Of a DNA stretch of 64,000 nt, positions 12,442 through 21,715 are shown piece by piece; the stretch's first letter is position 1; each line of letters begins with the position of its first letter. This DNA comes from Syntrophaceae bacterium (GTDB taxonomy: Bacteria > Desulfobacterota > Syntrophia > Syntrophales > Smithellaceae): positions 37,992 to 101,991 of the forward strand of contig JAFGLS010000051.1 in assembly GCA_016927935.1 (NCBI GenBank), given 5' to 3'. The position numbers and the translations under genes were made by a program. A model generated the notes under the pieces. That model saw only the letters and a list, made by a program, of their open reading frames with translations, had not been told where the DNA came from and ran no database searches.

Positions 12442-13310
12442 AAGTTTTAAAGCTGGGAATTCCCAAGGGAAGTCTGGAAGCCAATACCATAGATTTGTTT
12501 AAAAAAGCCGGCTGGCGTATCACCAGTGACCATCGAAGCTATTTCCCCGATATTGATGATCCGGAAATTACTTGCAAACTGGTTCGAGCACAGGAAATGT
12601 CGCGTTATGTTGAAGACGGAACCCTTGATCTTGGTCTGACGGGGATTGACTGGATTATGGAGAATTCGTCTGATGTTGTGGTAGTGCGGGATTTGATTTA
12701 TTCCAAAGTATCGGCACAGCAGGCCCGCTGGGTTCTGGTCGTACGTGAAGATTCCCCTTACAAGTCAATAAAAGATATGGAAGGCAAAAGGATATCAACT
12801 GAGTTGGTGAACTTTACCAAGAAATATTTTGCCGAAAAAAAAATAAATGTTCATGTTGAATTTTCCTGGGGGGCAACGGAAGCGAAAGTGGTGGAAGGCC
12901 TAGTGGATGCCATTGTTGAAGTAACGGAAACCGGTTCGACGATTAAGGCCAATAAATTAAGAATAATTCAAGAGCTGATGAAAACCAACACACAGTTGAT
13001 TGCCAATCGTGCTTCCTGGAAGAACCAGTGGAAACGCAAAAAAATTGAACAAATCAGTACAATGCTTTATGGTTCTTTGCAGGCTATGGGCAAAGTAGGA
13101 CTAAAGTTAAATGTTGCCAAGGAAAATTTGAACAAGGTGTTATCGCTGCTTCCTTCGCTTAAATCTCCAACTATTTCCAGTTTGTCTTCCAAGAAATGGT
13201 TTGCTATAGAATCCATTGTTGACGCGAGGGCTATGCGGGATTTAATTCCTAAGCTTCTGGAGGCGGGTGCCCAGGGAGTAATTGAATACCCTTTAAATAA
13301 AGTTATTTAA
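12438..13310 (+). CDS. hisG: ATP phosphoribosyltransferase, long form
   Basis: 290 aa with a catalytic domain ([16 protein letters not shown]) and a C-terminal regulatory domain. Confidence 0.93.
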   Translation: MKVLKLGIPKGSLEANTIDLFKKAGWRITSDHRSYFPDIDDPEITCKLVRAQEMSRYVEDGTLDLGLTGIDWIMENSSDVVVVRDLIYSKVSAQQARWVLVVREDSPYKSIKDMEGKRISTELVNFTKKYFAEKKINVHVEFSWGATEAKVVEGLVDAIVEVTETGSTIKANKLRIIQELMKTNTQLIANRASWKNQWKRKKIEQISTMLYGSLQAMGKVGLKLNVAKENLNKVLSLLPSLKSPTISSLSSKKWFAIESIVDARAMRDLIPKLLEAGAQGVIEYPLNKVI

Positions 13311-13322
13311 TAGAGAAAAAAT

Positions 13323-13910
13323 ATGGCCAGAAAAGCGAAAGTTGTACGTAAAACAACGGAAACCGATATATGCCTAAAAATTGACCTGGATAAGACTGCA
13401 GGAAGCAGGGTTGATACAACGATTCCTTTTTTTAATCATATGCTGGAACTTTTCGCGCGGCATGGTTTTTTAAAGCTTGTTGTTCTGGGCAAGGGGGATA
13501 CACAGATTGATGACCACCATTTAATAGAAGATTTGGGGATCTGTCTTGGGCAGGCCGTCGCTAAAGCTCTGGGTAAAAAGACAGGAATCAATCGTTACGG
13601 TTCGGCTTGTGTGCCGATGGATGAATGCTTGTGCCGAGTGGATATGGATATTTCCGGACGTCCCTATTTGATTTATAATGTAAAGTATGGGCGAAGAAAA
13701 ATCGGTGGATTTGATCCCGCTTTGGTCAAGGAGTTTTTTAAAGCGTTTACGGATAACAGCGGCATAACGCTACATATCAATTTTTTATATGGCGATAATA
13801 GTCACCATATTATTGAGGCAGTCTTCAAATCTTTCGCCCGTGCCTTTAGAAATGCGGTGGATTTGAATGAAAATATTAAGGGAGTTCTTTCTACAAAAGA
13901 AATATTATAA
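13323..13910 (+). CDS. hisB: Imidazoleglycerol-phosphate dehydratase
   Basis: 195 aa with IGPD motifs IDDHHLIEDLGI and NSHHIIEAVFKSFARA. Confidence 0.95.
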   Translation: MARKAKVVRKTTETDICLKIDLDKTAGSRVDTTIPFFNHMLELFARHGFLKLVVLGKGDTQIDDHHLIEDLGICLGQAVAKALGKKTGINRYGSACVPMDECLCRVDMDISGRPYLIYNVKYGRRKIGGFDPALVKEFFKAFTDNSGITLHINFLYGDNSHHIIEAVFKSFARAFRNAVDLNENIKGVLSTKEIL

Positions 13911-14017
13911 TAAATTTGAATTTGTTTTATGTAATTAAACAAATTCATTAACGCATTTATCCCGTAGGGGTGGGACTTATACCGTTTATCGGGGGATAAA
14001 GAAAGTGAGGTAAAATT

Positions 14018-14701
14018 TTGTTAAATTATCACTATAAAAAGATTAGTTATATCACGGGATTATTTTTAATTGCTTTTATGGTTTTGTCAATTACTGTTCA
14101 GGCTGCTCAAGAAATTGCGCAGAGTGAGAGAATTACAAAGTGTATAGCAGTAATTCCTTTTCAGTCATTAACTCCGGCAAGAGAAGCAGGGGCTGCTATT
14201 TTTTGTCCTTGCGATGCAGGTTCTTCCAGCGGCAAAATATTAAAGGAATCCGAAAAAATTGTGGAAGAAGTTTTTGTTAATAAACTGCGGGATATAAAAG
14301 GAATAGAATTAATTTCTTCCGAAAAAGTTCAGGCTGTTTATAAGAAAATTTCTTCCGGAAAAATGAAAGGAAATCGTGTTGAAATTTTTAAAAAAGTCGG
14401 CAAAGAGCTGGGTGCGGATTTTTTAGCAATAGGTTGTGTTTACCGTTATAATGAAAGGGTGGGTTCTTCATATTCATCGGAACATCCGGCATCCGTTTTT
14501 TTTGAAATTCGTTTAGTAAAAACTGACGACTGCAGTGTAATCTGGCGTGGATTTTTTGATAAAACGCAAAAATCTCTGATGGAAAATGTTTTTGAAATAT
14601 CTTCATTTTTTAAAGGCGGCGCTAAATGGGTTACCGCAAGCCAGCTAACCGAACAGGGCATGAATGATATTTTTAAAACATTTCCGGATTTTTTAAATTA
14701 A
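14018..14701 (+). CDS. Secreted/periplasmic hypothetical protein embedded in the his cluster
   Basis: 227 aa with an N-terminal signal-like helix (ITGLFLIAFMVLSITVQAAQE). TTG start. An LpoB/CsgG-like fold is only a guess from the IAVIPF...GADFLAIGCV pattern. Confidence 0.65.
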   Translation: MLNYHYKKISYITGLFLIAFMVLSITVQAAQEIAQSERITKCIAVIPFQSLTPAREAGAAIFCPCDAGSSSGKILKESEKIVEEVFVNKLRDIKGIELISSEKVQAVYKKISSGKMKGNRVEIFKKVGKELGADFLAIGCVYRYNERVGSSYSSEHPASVFFEIRLVKTDDCSVIWRGFFDKTQKSLMENVFEISSFFKGGAKWVTASQLTEQGMNDIFKTFPDFLN

Positions 14702-14859
14702 ATAGGCTCTTCAATTCAGGTAATCCCTTCTGTTTATTGTTGAAACTCCAATTCCGAAAGCGAATAACCTGAATAATCTAAAGATCACTTTAGGGTCACT
14801 ATAGGCGCAGCGGAATTGGTAAATTGTAAAAATAAATAATTATACTCTTTCTTACAAAG

Positions 14860-15600
14860 GTGAGGCGTTTGATCGTTATTCCAGCAGTAGATATCAAAGA
14901 TGGAAAGTGCGTGCGCTTGGCTCAAGGTAAATTTGATCGTGTCACAACATACGCAGATAATCCGGTGGCAATGGCGCTAAAGTGGATGGAAAAAGGCGCA
15001 GAATTGATTCATGTGGTTGATCTGGATGGTTCTGTTGCGGGTGAACCTTGTAACGCAGAAATAATCTTGGACATTGCTAAGAATGTTAATATTCCTGTTC
15101 AAGTTGGCGGAGGAATAAGGAATATGGAAACCATTGAGTTTTACTTGGGTAATGGTATTTCCAGCGTTATCCTCGGTACAACGGCTCTGCAAAATGAAAA
15201 TATTGTCCATTATGCCTGTGGAAAATTTCCAAATAGAATAATTTTAGGAATTGACGCTCTTAACGGCAAAGTAGCTGTCCGGGGCTGGACTCAGACCACT
15301 GAAAAAAACGCTATTGACCTCGCGAGACATTATGAAAAATATGGCCTGAAAGCTATGATCTACACAGATATCGAACGCGATGGAATGAAAACAGGAATGA
15401 ATATTGAGGCAATAAGGGAACTGGCAAAAGCGGTGAGCATACCGGTTATTGCTTCCGGTGGCGTGGCTTCCATAAATGATATTAAAAATCTTTTGGCTAT
15501 CGGGGATTATAAGATTCAAGGAGTAATTATTGGGCGCGCCCTTTATAATGGGGATATTTTTCTTGAGGAAGCGATAAAAGAAAGTAAGAGGTTTTGTTAG
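14860..15600 (+). CDS. hisA: ProFAR isomerase
   Basis: 246 aa with VIPAVDIKDGKCVRL, VGGGIR and ASGGV, a typical HisA TIM barrel. GTG start. Confidence 0.92.
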   Translation: MRRLIVIPAVDIKDGKCVRLAQGKFDRVTTYADNPVAMALKWMEKGAELIHVVDLDGSVAGEPCNAEIILDIAKNVNIPVQVGGGIRNMETIEFYLGNGISSVILGTTALQNENIVHYACGKFPNRIILGIDALNGKVAVRGWTQTTEKNAIDLARHYEKYGLKAMIYTDIERDGMKTGMNIEAIRELAKAVSIPVIASGGVASINDIKNLLAIGDYKIQGVIIGRALYNGDIFLEEAIKESKRFC

Positions 15601-15624
15601 AAACAAATAGTGGAGGTAGCATTT

Positions 15625-15969
15625 ATGTCAGATTGTATATTTTGTAAAATTGTCCAAGGAGAAATTCCCTGCAAGAAAGTTTATGAGGACGATGAAGTGT
15701 TGGCTTTTGATGATATTCATCCAATGGCTCCTGTGCATGTTGTCATCATTCCTAAAAGTCATATTTCCACTTTGATGGATATTGACAATAAGAAAATTAA
15801 AATTATTAATAATCTGATTGCCGCTGTGCAAAAGGTGGCAGTAATAAAAAAAATTGATGCTAGTGGTTTTCGGACCGTAATTAACTGCAATGCCGAGGGA
15901 GGGCAGGTTGTATTTCATTTGCACGTTCATGTTCTCGGTGGCAGAAAACTTCATGACGAATTAGGTTGA
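15625..15969 (+). CDS. HIT family (histidine triad) nucleotide hydrolase
   Basis: Histidine triad HLHVHVLGG and N-terminal CIFCKI. ATG at 15625 follows a TGGAGG RBS. Confidence 0.9.
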   Translation: MSDCIFCKIVQGEIPCKKVYEDDEVLAFDDIHPMAPVHVVIIPKSHISTLMDIDNKKIKIINNLIAAVQKVAVIKKIDASGFRTVINCNAEGGQVVFHLHVHVLGGRKLHDELG

Positions 15970-15991
15970 ATTATAAAAAAGGTGAAATGTT

Positions 15992-16438
15992 ATGGATATC
16001 AACACTAAATTAAATGATGACATGATTATCGCGGCAAAGTCCAAGGATAAAATCAGGCTTTCGGCAATTCGCTTGTTAAAGACAGCGCTGCATAACAAGG
16101 AAATAAATTTAATGCGACCGTTAAATGAAAGTGAAGTCCTTCAGGTTCTTTCATCTATGATTAAGCAGAGAAAAGATTCTATTGAGCAGTTCGCCAAAGG
16201 AGGAAGAACTGATCTCGTTGAGAAAGAAGAAGCGGAATTAAAAGTTATTCAGGAATTCATGCCGGCTCAGTTGTCGGAAGATGAAGTTGATGCCTTAATT
16301 AGAAAAACGATTGAGGAAGCAGGTGCTGTCTCTATAAAGGATATGGGGAAAGTTATGAAAATTTTGATGCCGAAACTTACAGGAATAGCCGATGGCAAGA
16401 TTGTCGGCGAAAAAGTTAGAGCGTTTTTATCCCAGTGA
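15992..16438 (+). CDS. GatB/YqeY domain protein
   Basis: 148 aa, the typical YqeY sequence found upstream of dnaG (AMKAKDK-like AAKSKDKIRLSAIRLLK..). Confidence 0.85.
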   Translation: MDINTKLNDDMIIAAKSKDKIRLSAIRLLKTALHNKEINLMRPLNESEVLQVLSSMIKQRKDSIEQFAKGGRTDLVEKEEAELKVIQEFMPAQLSEDEVDALIRKTIEEAGAVSIKDMGKVMKILMPKLTGIADGKIVGEKVRAFLSQ

Positions 16439-16490
16439 GAGGATATATTCTTTATTTTTAAATAGAATAACATATTTATCAGGATAACCA

Positions 16491-18254
16491 GTGTACTTTG
16501 ATAACAGCAAGATTGAAGAAATTAGAAACAGAATAGATATTGTTGATCTTGTTTCCGAGCATCTTACACTAAAAAAAACGGGCAGAAATTTCGTTGGATT
16601 ATGTCCTTTTCATCAGGAGAAAACCCCGTCGTTCACGGTTAATCGCGAAAAACAAATATTTTACTGTTTTGGTTGCGGGGCGGGTGGGAACGTTATTACT
16701 TTTCTTATGAAAATTGCCGATAAAACTTTTCCGGAAGCCATTAAGGTTCTGGCGGAAAAGGCGGGTGTTGTTTTGCCTCCGATTTCTTCCAGAAAAGAAA
16801 GAAGACAAAAGGATTTACTCAACGAAAAAATAATTAATTTAAATTTGAAAGCGGCTCAGCAGTTTTTCCACAATCTTTTTTCTGCCGCGGGTGCTTCGGC
16901 CCGTAAATATCTTCAGGGCAGAGGCATATCTGAAGATGTCGTAAAACAGTTCCGTCTGGGATATGTCCCGGATACTTGGCGTTCTTTGACAGAATATATT
17001 GAAAAGAGCGGTCTGTCCCTGAAATTGGCAGAGCAGGCCGGACTCGTAATTGCTGGAAAAGACGGGGATTTTTACGACAGATTCCGGGGGCGTATTATTT
17101 TCCCCATTGAAAATGTTTTTGGCGAGACAGTTGCCTTCGGCGGGAGAATTCTGGATAAAGGTGAGCCCAAATATCTCAATTCTCCCGAGTCACCTGTTTA
17201 CATAAAGGGTAAAAATTTATACGGCTTGAATAAATCAAAGGAAGAAATTCGTAAAAAAGGCTTTGCTCTGATTGTTGAGGGATATTTTGATTTAATTTCT
17301 CTATGGAACGCGGGTATTGGCAATGTGGTTGCTACTTTGGGCACAGCGCTGACCAGAGAGCATCTGGAACTTTTGCGCCGTTATACAACAGAAGTTGTCG
17401 TTTTGTTTGATCCCGATGAGGCAGGTAAAAAAGCGCTTGACCGAAGTCTGGAATTATTTTTAAGTACGCCGATGAGAGCGCGGGCTTTAATTTTGCCTGA
17501 GCGCTGTGATCCTGATGAGTACGTAAGGAAATTCGGTAAAGAAAAAATGGAAGATTTGATTTCCCACGCCCAGCCACTAAGCGATTACTATATTGAAAAT
17601 GTATTGGGAAATGGGAAAACTTTTGAAGATAAAAGAGATATGATAAAAACCGCCATGAATTTTATTGCTAAAATCAGCGATAGAAAAGAAAAGGATATTT
17701 TCATTAAACGCATAGCGGAAAAAACAGGAATTAACGAAGAATTGCTAATAAAAGAAACTTACAAGAATGCAACGAAACATGAAGGCAGACCGGATAAAAT
17801 AAAACCTCTTTTTAATATTAATAATGACACGGTTGAACTGCATTTGATTCAGCTGATGATTGAGTATCCTCAGAAAATCATGCAGGTGGAAAAAGAGAAT
17901 GTATTGGATTACTTTTTACAGCCTGAAATAAAAATATTGGGGGGGAAAATTATTGATGCCTATAAATTGCTCGGCTTTGTCGATATTGGCGAAATTTTGT
18001 CAGCTGATAAAAATTCAGCATTGTGCGAAAGATTGTTTCAACTGATGATAAAAGCGTTGCCTGTCGATGATAATATGCTGGGAAAAGTATTTACTGATAA
18101 CGTATGTCAGATAAAAAGAAAGTGGTATAAGGAACAACATCGTCAAATTAAAATAAAATTGGGTAAGGCTCAGGAAAATGGCAATGAAGATATGATAAAA
18201 AAACTTATTTATGAAAAGGAAAGCATTCTGATTAAAGAGAAAGAATTGCATTAA
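16491..18254 (+). CDS. dnaG: DNA primase
   Basis: 587 aa with the zinc finger CPFHQEKTPSFTV..CFGCGAGG and a TOPRIM domain (VEGYFD, DPDEAG). GTG start. Confidence 0.95.
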   Translation: MYFDNSKIEEIRNRIDIVDLVSEHLTLKKTGRNFVGLCPFHQEKTPSFTVNREKQIFYCFGCGAGGNVITFLMKIADKTFPEAIKVLAEKAGVVLPPISSRKERRQKDLLNEKIINLNLKAAQQFFHNLFSAAGASARKYLQGRGISEDVVKQFRLGYVPDTWRSLTEYIEKSGLSLKLAEQAGLVIAGKDGDFYDRFRGRIIFPIENVFGETVAFGGRILDKGEPKYLNSPESPVYIKGKNLYGLNKSKEEIRKKGFALIVEGYFDLISLWNAGIGNVVATLGTALTREHLELLRRYTTEVVVLFDPDEAGKKALDRSLELFLSTPMRARALILPERCDPDEYVRKFGKEKMEDLISHAQPLSDYYIENVLGNGKTFEDKRDMIKTAMNFIAKISDRKEKDIFIKRIAEKTGINEELLIKETYKNATKHEGRPDKIKPLFNINNDTVELHLIQLMIEYPQKIMQVEKENVLDYFLQPEIKILGGKIIDAYKLLGFVDIGEILSADKNSALCERLFQLMIKALPVDDNMLGKVFTDNVCQIKRKWYKEQHRQIKIKLGKAQENGNEDMIKKLIYEKESILIKEKELH

Positions 18255-18266
18255 CTGGTTGAACGG

Positions 18267-18346
18267 TCCCACTTGGCTTCGCGCGTGGGATAATTCGTCC
18301 AACAAATTTCAGTTCGCTGCGCTTCTGAAATTTGGGACTCATTAAA
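18267..18346 (+). repeat. Family-A two-hairpin intergenic repeat, copy A2 (dnaG-rpoD spacer)
   Basis: TCCCACttggcttcgcgcGTGGGA, TAATTCGTCCAACA linker, CAAATTTCAgttcgctgcgcttcTGAAATTTG, tail GGACTCATTAAA. Confidence 0.75.
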
Positions 18347-18384
18347 TTGGAGTTTCACAATAAAAAACTTGAAGGAGAAGCCAA

Positions 18385-20124
18385 ATGGCAAAAGAAGTAC
18401 AGTCTGATGAAGTTAACAAGTTGATTACGCTGGGGGAAGAAAAAGGTTTTTTAACATACGATGATGTTAATGACGCTTTGCTACCGGATGTTACGTCAGC
18501 TGAACAGCTGGATGATATTATTTCGCTTTTTGGAGAAAAAAATATTGATATTATTGACACTGAGCAAGGTGAGAAGCTTACTTTAAAAAAATCAATGAAG
18601 GATATAAGCGATGTAGGCCTCAAGGAAACACTGGCGTTGGTGCCCAGTGCGGACAAAACAGGAGATCCTGTAAAAATGTATCTGCGAGAGATGGGATCGG
18701 TATCACTTTTGAGTCGTGAAGGAGAAGTAGAGATTGCAAAGAAAATTGAAGAAGGTGCACGTGCCACAATGTCGGCTATATTTTGTCTGTCTTTTTCGAT
18801 TGATGAAGTATTAAATATCGGAAATAAACTGCTGACGGGAGAACTAAAAAGCAAGAATGTTGTTGATAGCATAGAGGATGAAGAAGGTTTTATTGAAGAG
18901 GATGAACATAAAAATAGAATACTAAAACAAATAAGCAAAATCAGGGAGCATAATGAAGTAGTTAAGATTACACGTGCCAAGCTTAAATCTAAGAATTTGT
19001 CCAAGAAAAAAAGAACTGAACTGAACGCCAAATTAGATTTATACATTCGTCGTATTGTTATACTTTGTCGTAAGATTCGTTTCAGTAAAAAGCAAATCAA
19101 TCGTTTCATTTACCGCTTGCTGAATTATGCAGATGAAATTAAAGCAGCTGAAAAAATAATTGCTCAATATAAAAAAGGAATCCAGTCGAGTGCAGCGCAA
19201 GGCAAGAAAACGAAAAAGAATAGAAAAAATACGGCTAAAAAGTCAATTATTCTTCTCAAGTTGCCGAGGAAAAGTAAAGAAGCAATTAAAGAGGCGAAAA
19301 AAAAGATAAAACAAATTGAACGTGAAGTAGGAATTCCAACGGCAACACTCAAAACAACTATTAAGGATATAGAAGAAGGAGAAAGAAAAGCAGAAAGAGC
19401 CCAAAGGACTTTAGTAGAGGCAAATTTACGTCTCGTTGTTAGTATTGCTAAAAAATATACAAACCGCGGACTGCAATTTCTTGATTTGATTCAGGAAGGA
19501 AATATTGGACTGATGAAAGCAGTAGATAAGTTTGAATATCAGCGCGGATATAAATTTTCCACTTACGCAACGTGGTGGATCAGACAGGCAATTACCAGGG
19601 CAATTGCCGATCAAGCCCGCACAATCAGAATTCCTGTTCATATGATTGAGACAATTAATAAGCTAATTCGCACCTCACGTTATTTGGTGCAGGAGTTGGG
19701 ACGTGAACCTACACCCGAAGAAATAGCCAATAAAATGGAGTATCCATTGGAAAAAGTCAGAAAAGTGCTGAAAATAGCCAAAGAGCCTATTTCTCTGGAA
19801 ACACCAATCGGTGAAGAAGAGGACAGTCATTTAGGTGATTTTATCGAAGATAAAAGAGTTTTATCACCTTCAGAAGCTACCATAAATATAGATTTGGCTG
19901 AACAAACAAGAAAAATCCTGACAACTCTTACCTCTCGTGAGGAAAAAGTTTTACGCATGCGCTTTGGGATAAGTGATCGGTCAAATTTCCTAAAGAGAGA
20001 TGAAATTAAATTAGCGGAAAAAGTGGGGGAAACTAGCGAAGTTTCTGAAGCTCACACCGTTATGGATACTTTGGTGATAAGCAAGGTAAAGAATAAAACA
20101 AAGAAACGTTACACGAAACTGTAA
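18385..20124 (+). CDS. rpoD: RNA polymerase sigma-70 (housekeeping) with an aberrant C-terminus lacking recognisable region 4.2
   Basis: 579 aa in dnaG-rpoD synteny. Regions 1.1, 1.2 (VKMYLREMG), 2 ([76 protein letters not shown]), 3 and 4.1 ([11 protein letters not shown]) are canonical. The last ~50 aa ([50 protein letters not shown]) do not resemble the [20 protein letters not shown] helix-turn-helix. Confidence 0.85.
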   Translation: MAKEVQSDEVNKLITLGEEKGFLTYDDVNDALLPDVTSAEQLDDIISLFGEKNIDIIDTEQGEKLTLKKSMKDISDVGLKETLALVPSADKTGDPVKMYLREMGSVSLLSREGEVEIAKKIEEGARATMSAIFCLSFSIDEVLNIGNKLLTGELKSKNVVDSIEDEEGFIEEDEHKNRILKQISKIREHNEVVKITRAKLKSKNLSKKKRTELNAKLDLYIRRIVILCRKIRFSKKQINRFIYRLLNYADEIKAAEKIIAQYKKGIQSSAAQGKKTKKNRKNTAKKSIILLKLPRKSKEAIKEAKKKIKQIEREVGIPTATLKTTIKDIEEGERKAERAQRTLVEANLRLVVSIAKKYTNRGLQFLDLIQEGNIGLMKAVDKFEYQRGYKFSTYATWWIRQAITRAIADQARTIRIPVHMIETINKLIRTSRYLVQELGREPTPEEIANKMEYPLEKVRKVLKIAKEPISLETPIGEEEDSHLGDFIEDKRVLSPSEATINIDLAEQTRKILTTLTSREEKVLRMRFGISDRSNFLKRDEIKLAEKVGETSEVSEAHTVMDTLVISKVKNKTKKRYTKL

Positions 20125-20131
20125 AATATTA

Positions 20132-20160
20132 TTGACAAGCTATATATTTGCGTATATCAA
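20132..20160 (+). promoter_or_regulatory. Sigma70-type promoter candidate for the tRNA
   Basis: TTGACA (20132-20137) followed by TATATC or TATCAA at 15-17 nt spacing, about 35 nt upstream of the tRNA 5-prime end. Confidence 0.4.
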
Positions 20161-20194
20161 TTCGCAGGTTTATTATATTGAGAAAGAAAGATGC

Positions 20195-20270
20195 GGGCCT
20201 ATAGCTCAACTGGTAGAGCCACCGGCTCATAACCGGTAGGTCCCTGGTTCGACTCCAGGTGGGCCCACCA
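20195..20270 (+). tRNA. tRNA with CAT anticodon (elongator Met, or more likely lysidine-modified Ile2)
   Basis: Manual cloverleaf. Acceptor GGGCCTA/TGGGCCC with one G-U pair; D arm GCTC-AACTGGTA-GAGC; anticodon arm ACCGG-CTCATAA-CCGGT with CAT at 20228-20230. T arm CCTGG-TTCGACT-CCAGG; discriminator A and an encoded CCA. G1-C72 is paired, so it is not an initiator. Confidence 0.9.
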
Positions 20271-20423
20271 AATAATACAAAATGATTTATAGTTGAGGAG
20301 AAGATAATTTTTCGCGTGGAGAGAGAGTATTTTAAAACAATTTATATTAATGCCGTGAAAAGACAAGCAAAGTCATCATTTCACGGCACAGATTACAAAC
20401 TCGTGAAGCAGTTTACTTAAAAA

Positions 20424-20451
20424 ATGCACCTTTAAAAGGTGCATTTTTTTT
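20424..20451 (+). terminator. Rho-independent terminator
   Basis: ATGCACCTT-TAA-AAGGTGCAT followed by eight T residues. Confidence 0.8.
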
Positions 20452-20470
20452 GCCCTAAGAAAGGAGAAGA

Positions 20471-21193
20471 TTGTTGAAAGACAAATTATTGCTGTTGATA
20501 AAGATTCAGGAATGCGATTCACTGTTGGTAAAATTAGCTGCAAAGAAGAAAATATTGCCGGAAAATATAGAAAAACTGAATAAAGAGTTCCAATTGATTA
20601 AAGAAAAAACAGAGAAAAATAAAATAAAATATGAGGAACTTAAATCACGTCACGTGGAGAATGAAAACAAAATTAAAAAGATAAACGAAGGCATTGTAAA
20701 GACAAAAGAGAGAATACTGGAAGTCAAAAACAACAAAGAATATCAAGCCATGCTCATGGAAATAGAGACTGCCGAATCAGCGCGCGGTGAAGTTGAAACT
20801 GAAATAATTTCCATACTGGAGGAACTGGATAAACTTGTCGTTTTGGTTAAGAAAGAAGAAGAAGATTTAAGACAAAGCCAAATCAAATACGAACAGGAAA
20901 AAAAGACATTAGAGGATGACTTAAATGCCGTGGATACCGATACGGCTGACTTAGAACAAAAGAGAATTGATTTGCAGAAAAATGTTCCGGGTGAGTTGTT
21001 GTCCAAGTACGAAAAAATTAAGAAAAGAAATAATGGAATTGGTGTAACTTCCGTGTGGAAATCTGTTTGTAACGGCTGTCACATGAATATTCCACCTCAA
21101 CTTTATAATGAAATAAGGAGGTCGGATGAATTGTTTAGTTGTCCGAACTGCAACCGGATAATATATTTTCAGGATATGGAGAAGCCGTCATAA
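20471..21193 (+). CDS. Coiled-coil protein with C-terminal C4 zinc ribbon (COG1579-type)
   Basis: 240 aa. A long heptad-rich region is followed by CNGCHM...N16..CPNCNRI. The start is TTG at 20471 or 20474, after an AAGGAG RBS. Confidence 0.8.
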   Translation: MLKDKLLLLIKIQECDSLLVKLAAKKKILPENIEKLNKEFQLIKEKTEKNKIKYEELKSRHVENENKIKKINEGIVKTKERILEVKNNKEYQAMLMEIETAESARGEVETEIISILEELDKLVVLVKKEEEDLRQSQIKYEQEKKTLEDDLNAVDTDTADLEQKRIDLQKNVPGELLSKYEKIKKRNNGIGVTSVWKSVCNGCHMNIPPQLYNEIRRSDELFSCPNCNRIIYFQDMEKPS

Positions 21194-21198
21194 TTTAC

Positions 21199-21606
21199 AT
21201 GTCTAAAAAAAGTTATAAATTATTCAGTGACGGTGCCTGCCGCGGCAATCCTGGAATTGCCGGAGCCGGAGCTGTGATAATGGATCCCGATGAGAATGTT
21301 ATATGGGAAGGGAAGGAATATCTAGGACACTGTACCAACAACATAGCGGAATATAAGGCTTTTATCTTGGGATTGAAAGAAGCACTCTCTCGCGGATACA
21401 AAAATCTGGAAGTTTACCTGGATTCAGAACTTCTGGCTAAGCAAGTCAATAGTTCCTACCGTGTTAAAAATGAAAATCTAAGGGTATTAATGAAAGATGT
21501 CCGTAGGCTGCTGGCTTCTTTTAATTCTGTTGAGGTGAAACACATCCCGCGTCTGCTCAACAGCCGTGCAGATAAACTTGCCAATCTGGCAATTGATGAA
21601 AGATAA
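21199..21606 (+). CDS. Ribonuclease HI-type protein
   Basis: 135 aa from ATG 21199. LFSDGACRGNPGIAGAGAVI...NNIAEYKAFILGL...LDSELL...NSRADKLAN carries the RNase H DEDD-type core. The ORF-track extension to 21139 overlaps the preceding gene. Confidence 0.85.
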   Translation: MSKKSYKLFSDGACRGNPGIAGAGAVIMDPDENVIWEGKEYLGHCTNNIAEYKAFILGLKEALSRGYKNLEVYLDSELLAKQVNSSYRVKNENLRVLMKDVRRLLASFNSVEVKHIPRLLNSRADKLANLAIDER

Positions 21607-21685
21607 TAGAAGAAACTATTCCAAATCATGTTTGATTGACAGATGTGATAATCATATAATACGCAGCTAAAATTTTTTAATTTTC

Positions 21686-21715
21686 TTGACACACAAAAGG
21701 CTTCTTCAATATAAT
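21686..21715 (+). promoter_or_regulatory. Sigma70-type promoter candidate for the kinase/regulator pair
   Basis: TTGACA (21686-21691), 18-nt spacer, TATAAT (21710-21715). Confidence 0.5.

Noticed and set aside
13918-13946. Hairpin GAATTTGTTT-N9-AAACAAATTC after hisB as a terminator.
   Set aside because: The stem is AT-only and is not followed by a T tract. It is too weak to call a Rho-independent terminator with confidence.
18342-19109. 255-aa ORF antisense to rpoD. Similar long antisense ORFs include 8517..9530 in ileS, 3026..3520 over groES, 4225..4629 and 4370..4762 in groEL, 42442..42957 in the SDR gene, 43360..43896, 36590..37129 and 54856..55416.
   Set aside because: Each lies entirely inside, and antisense to, a gene with an unambiguous conserved product. 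Their translations are low-complexity (Ser/Leu/Phe/Ile-rich) with no RBS or motif. They are typical shadow ORFs.
21139-21198. The ORF-track start of the RNase H gene at 21139, and likewise 42353 for the SDR gene, 28430 for atpC, 31610 for atpA and 12032 for the small membrane protein.
   Set aside because: These upstream extensions overlap the preceding gene or a repeat element and lack a RBS. Internal ATG codons with good Shine-Dalgarno sequences give proteins that start where the homologous families start.
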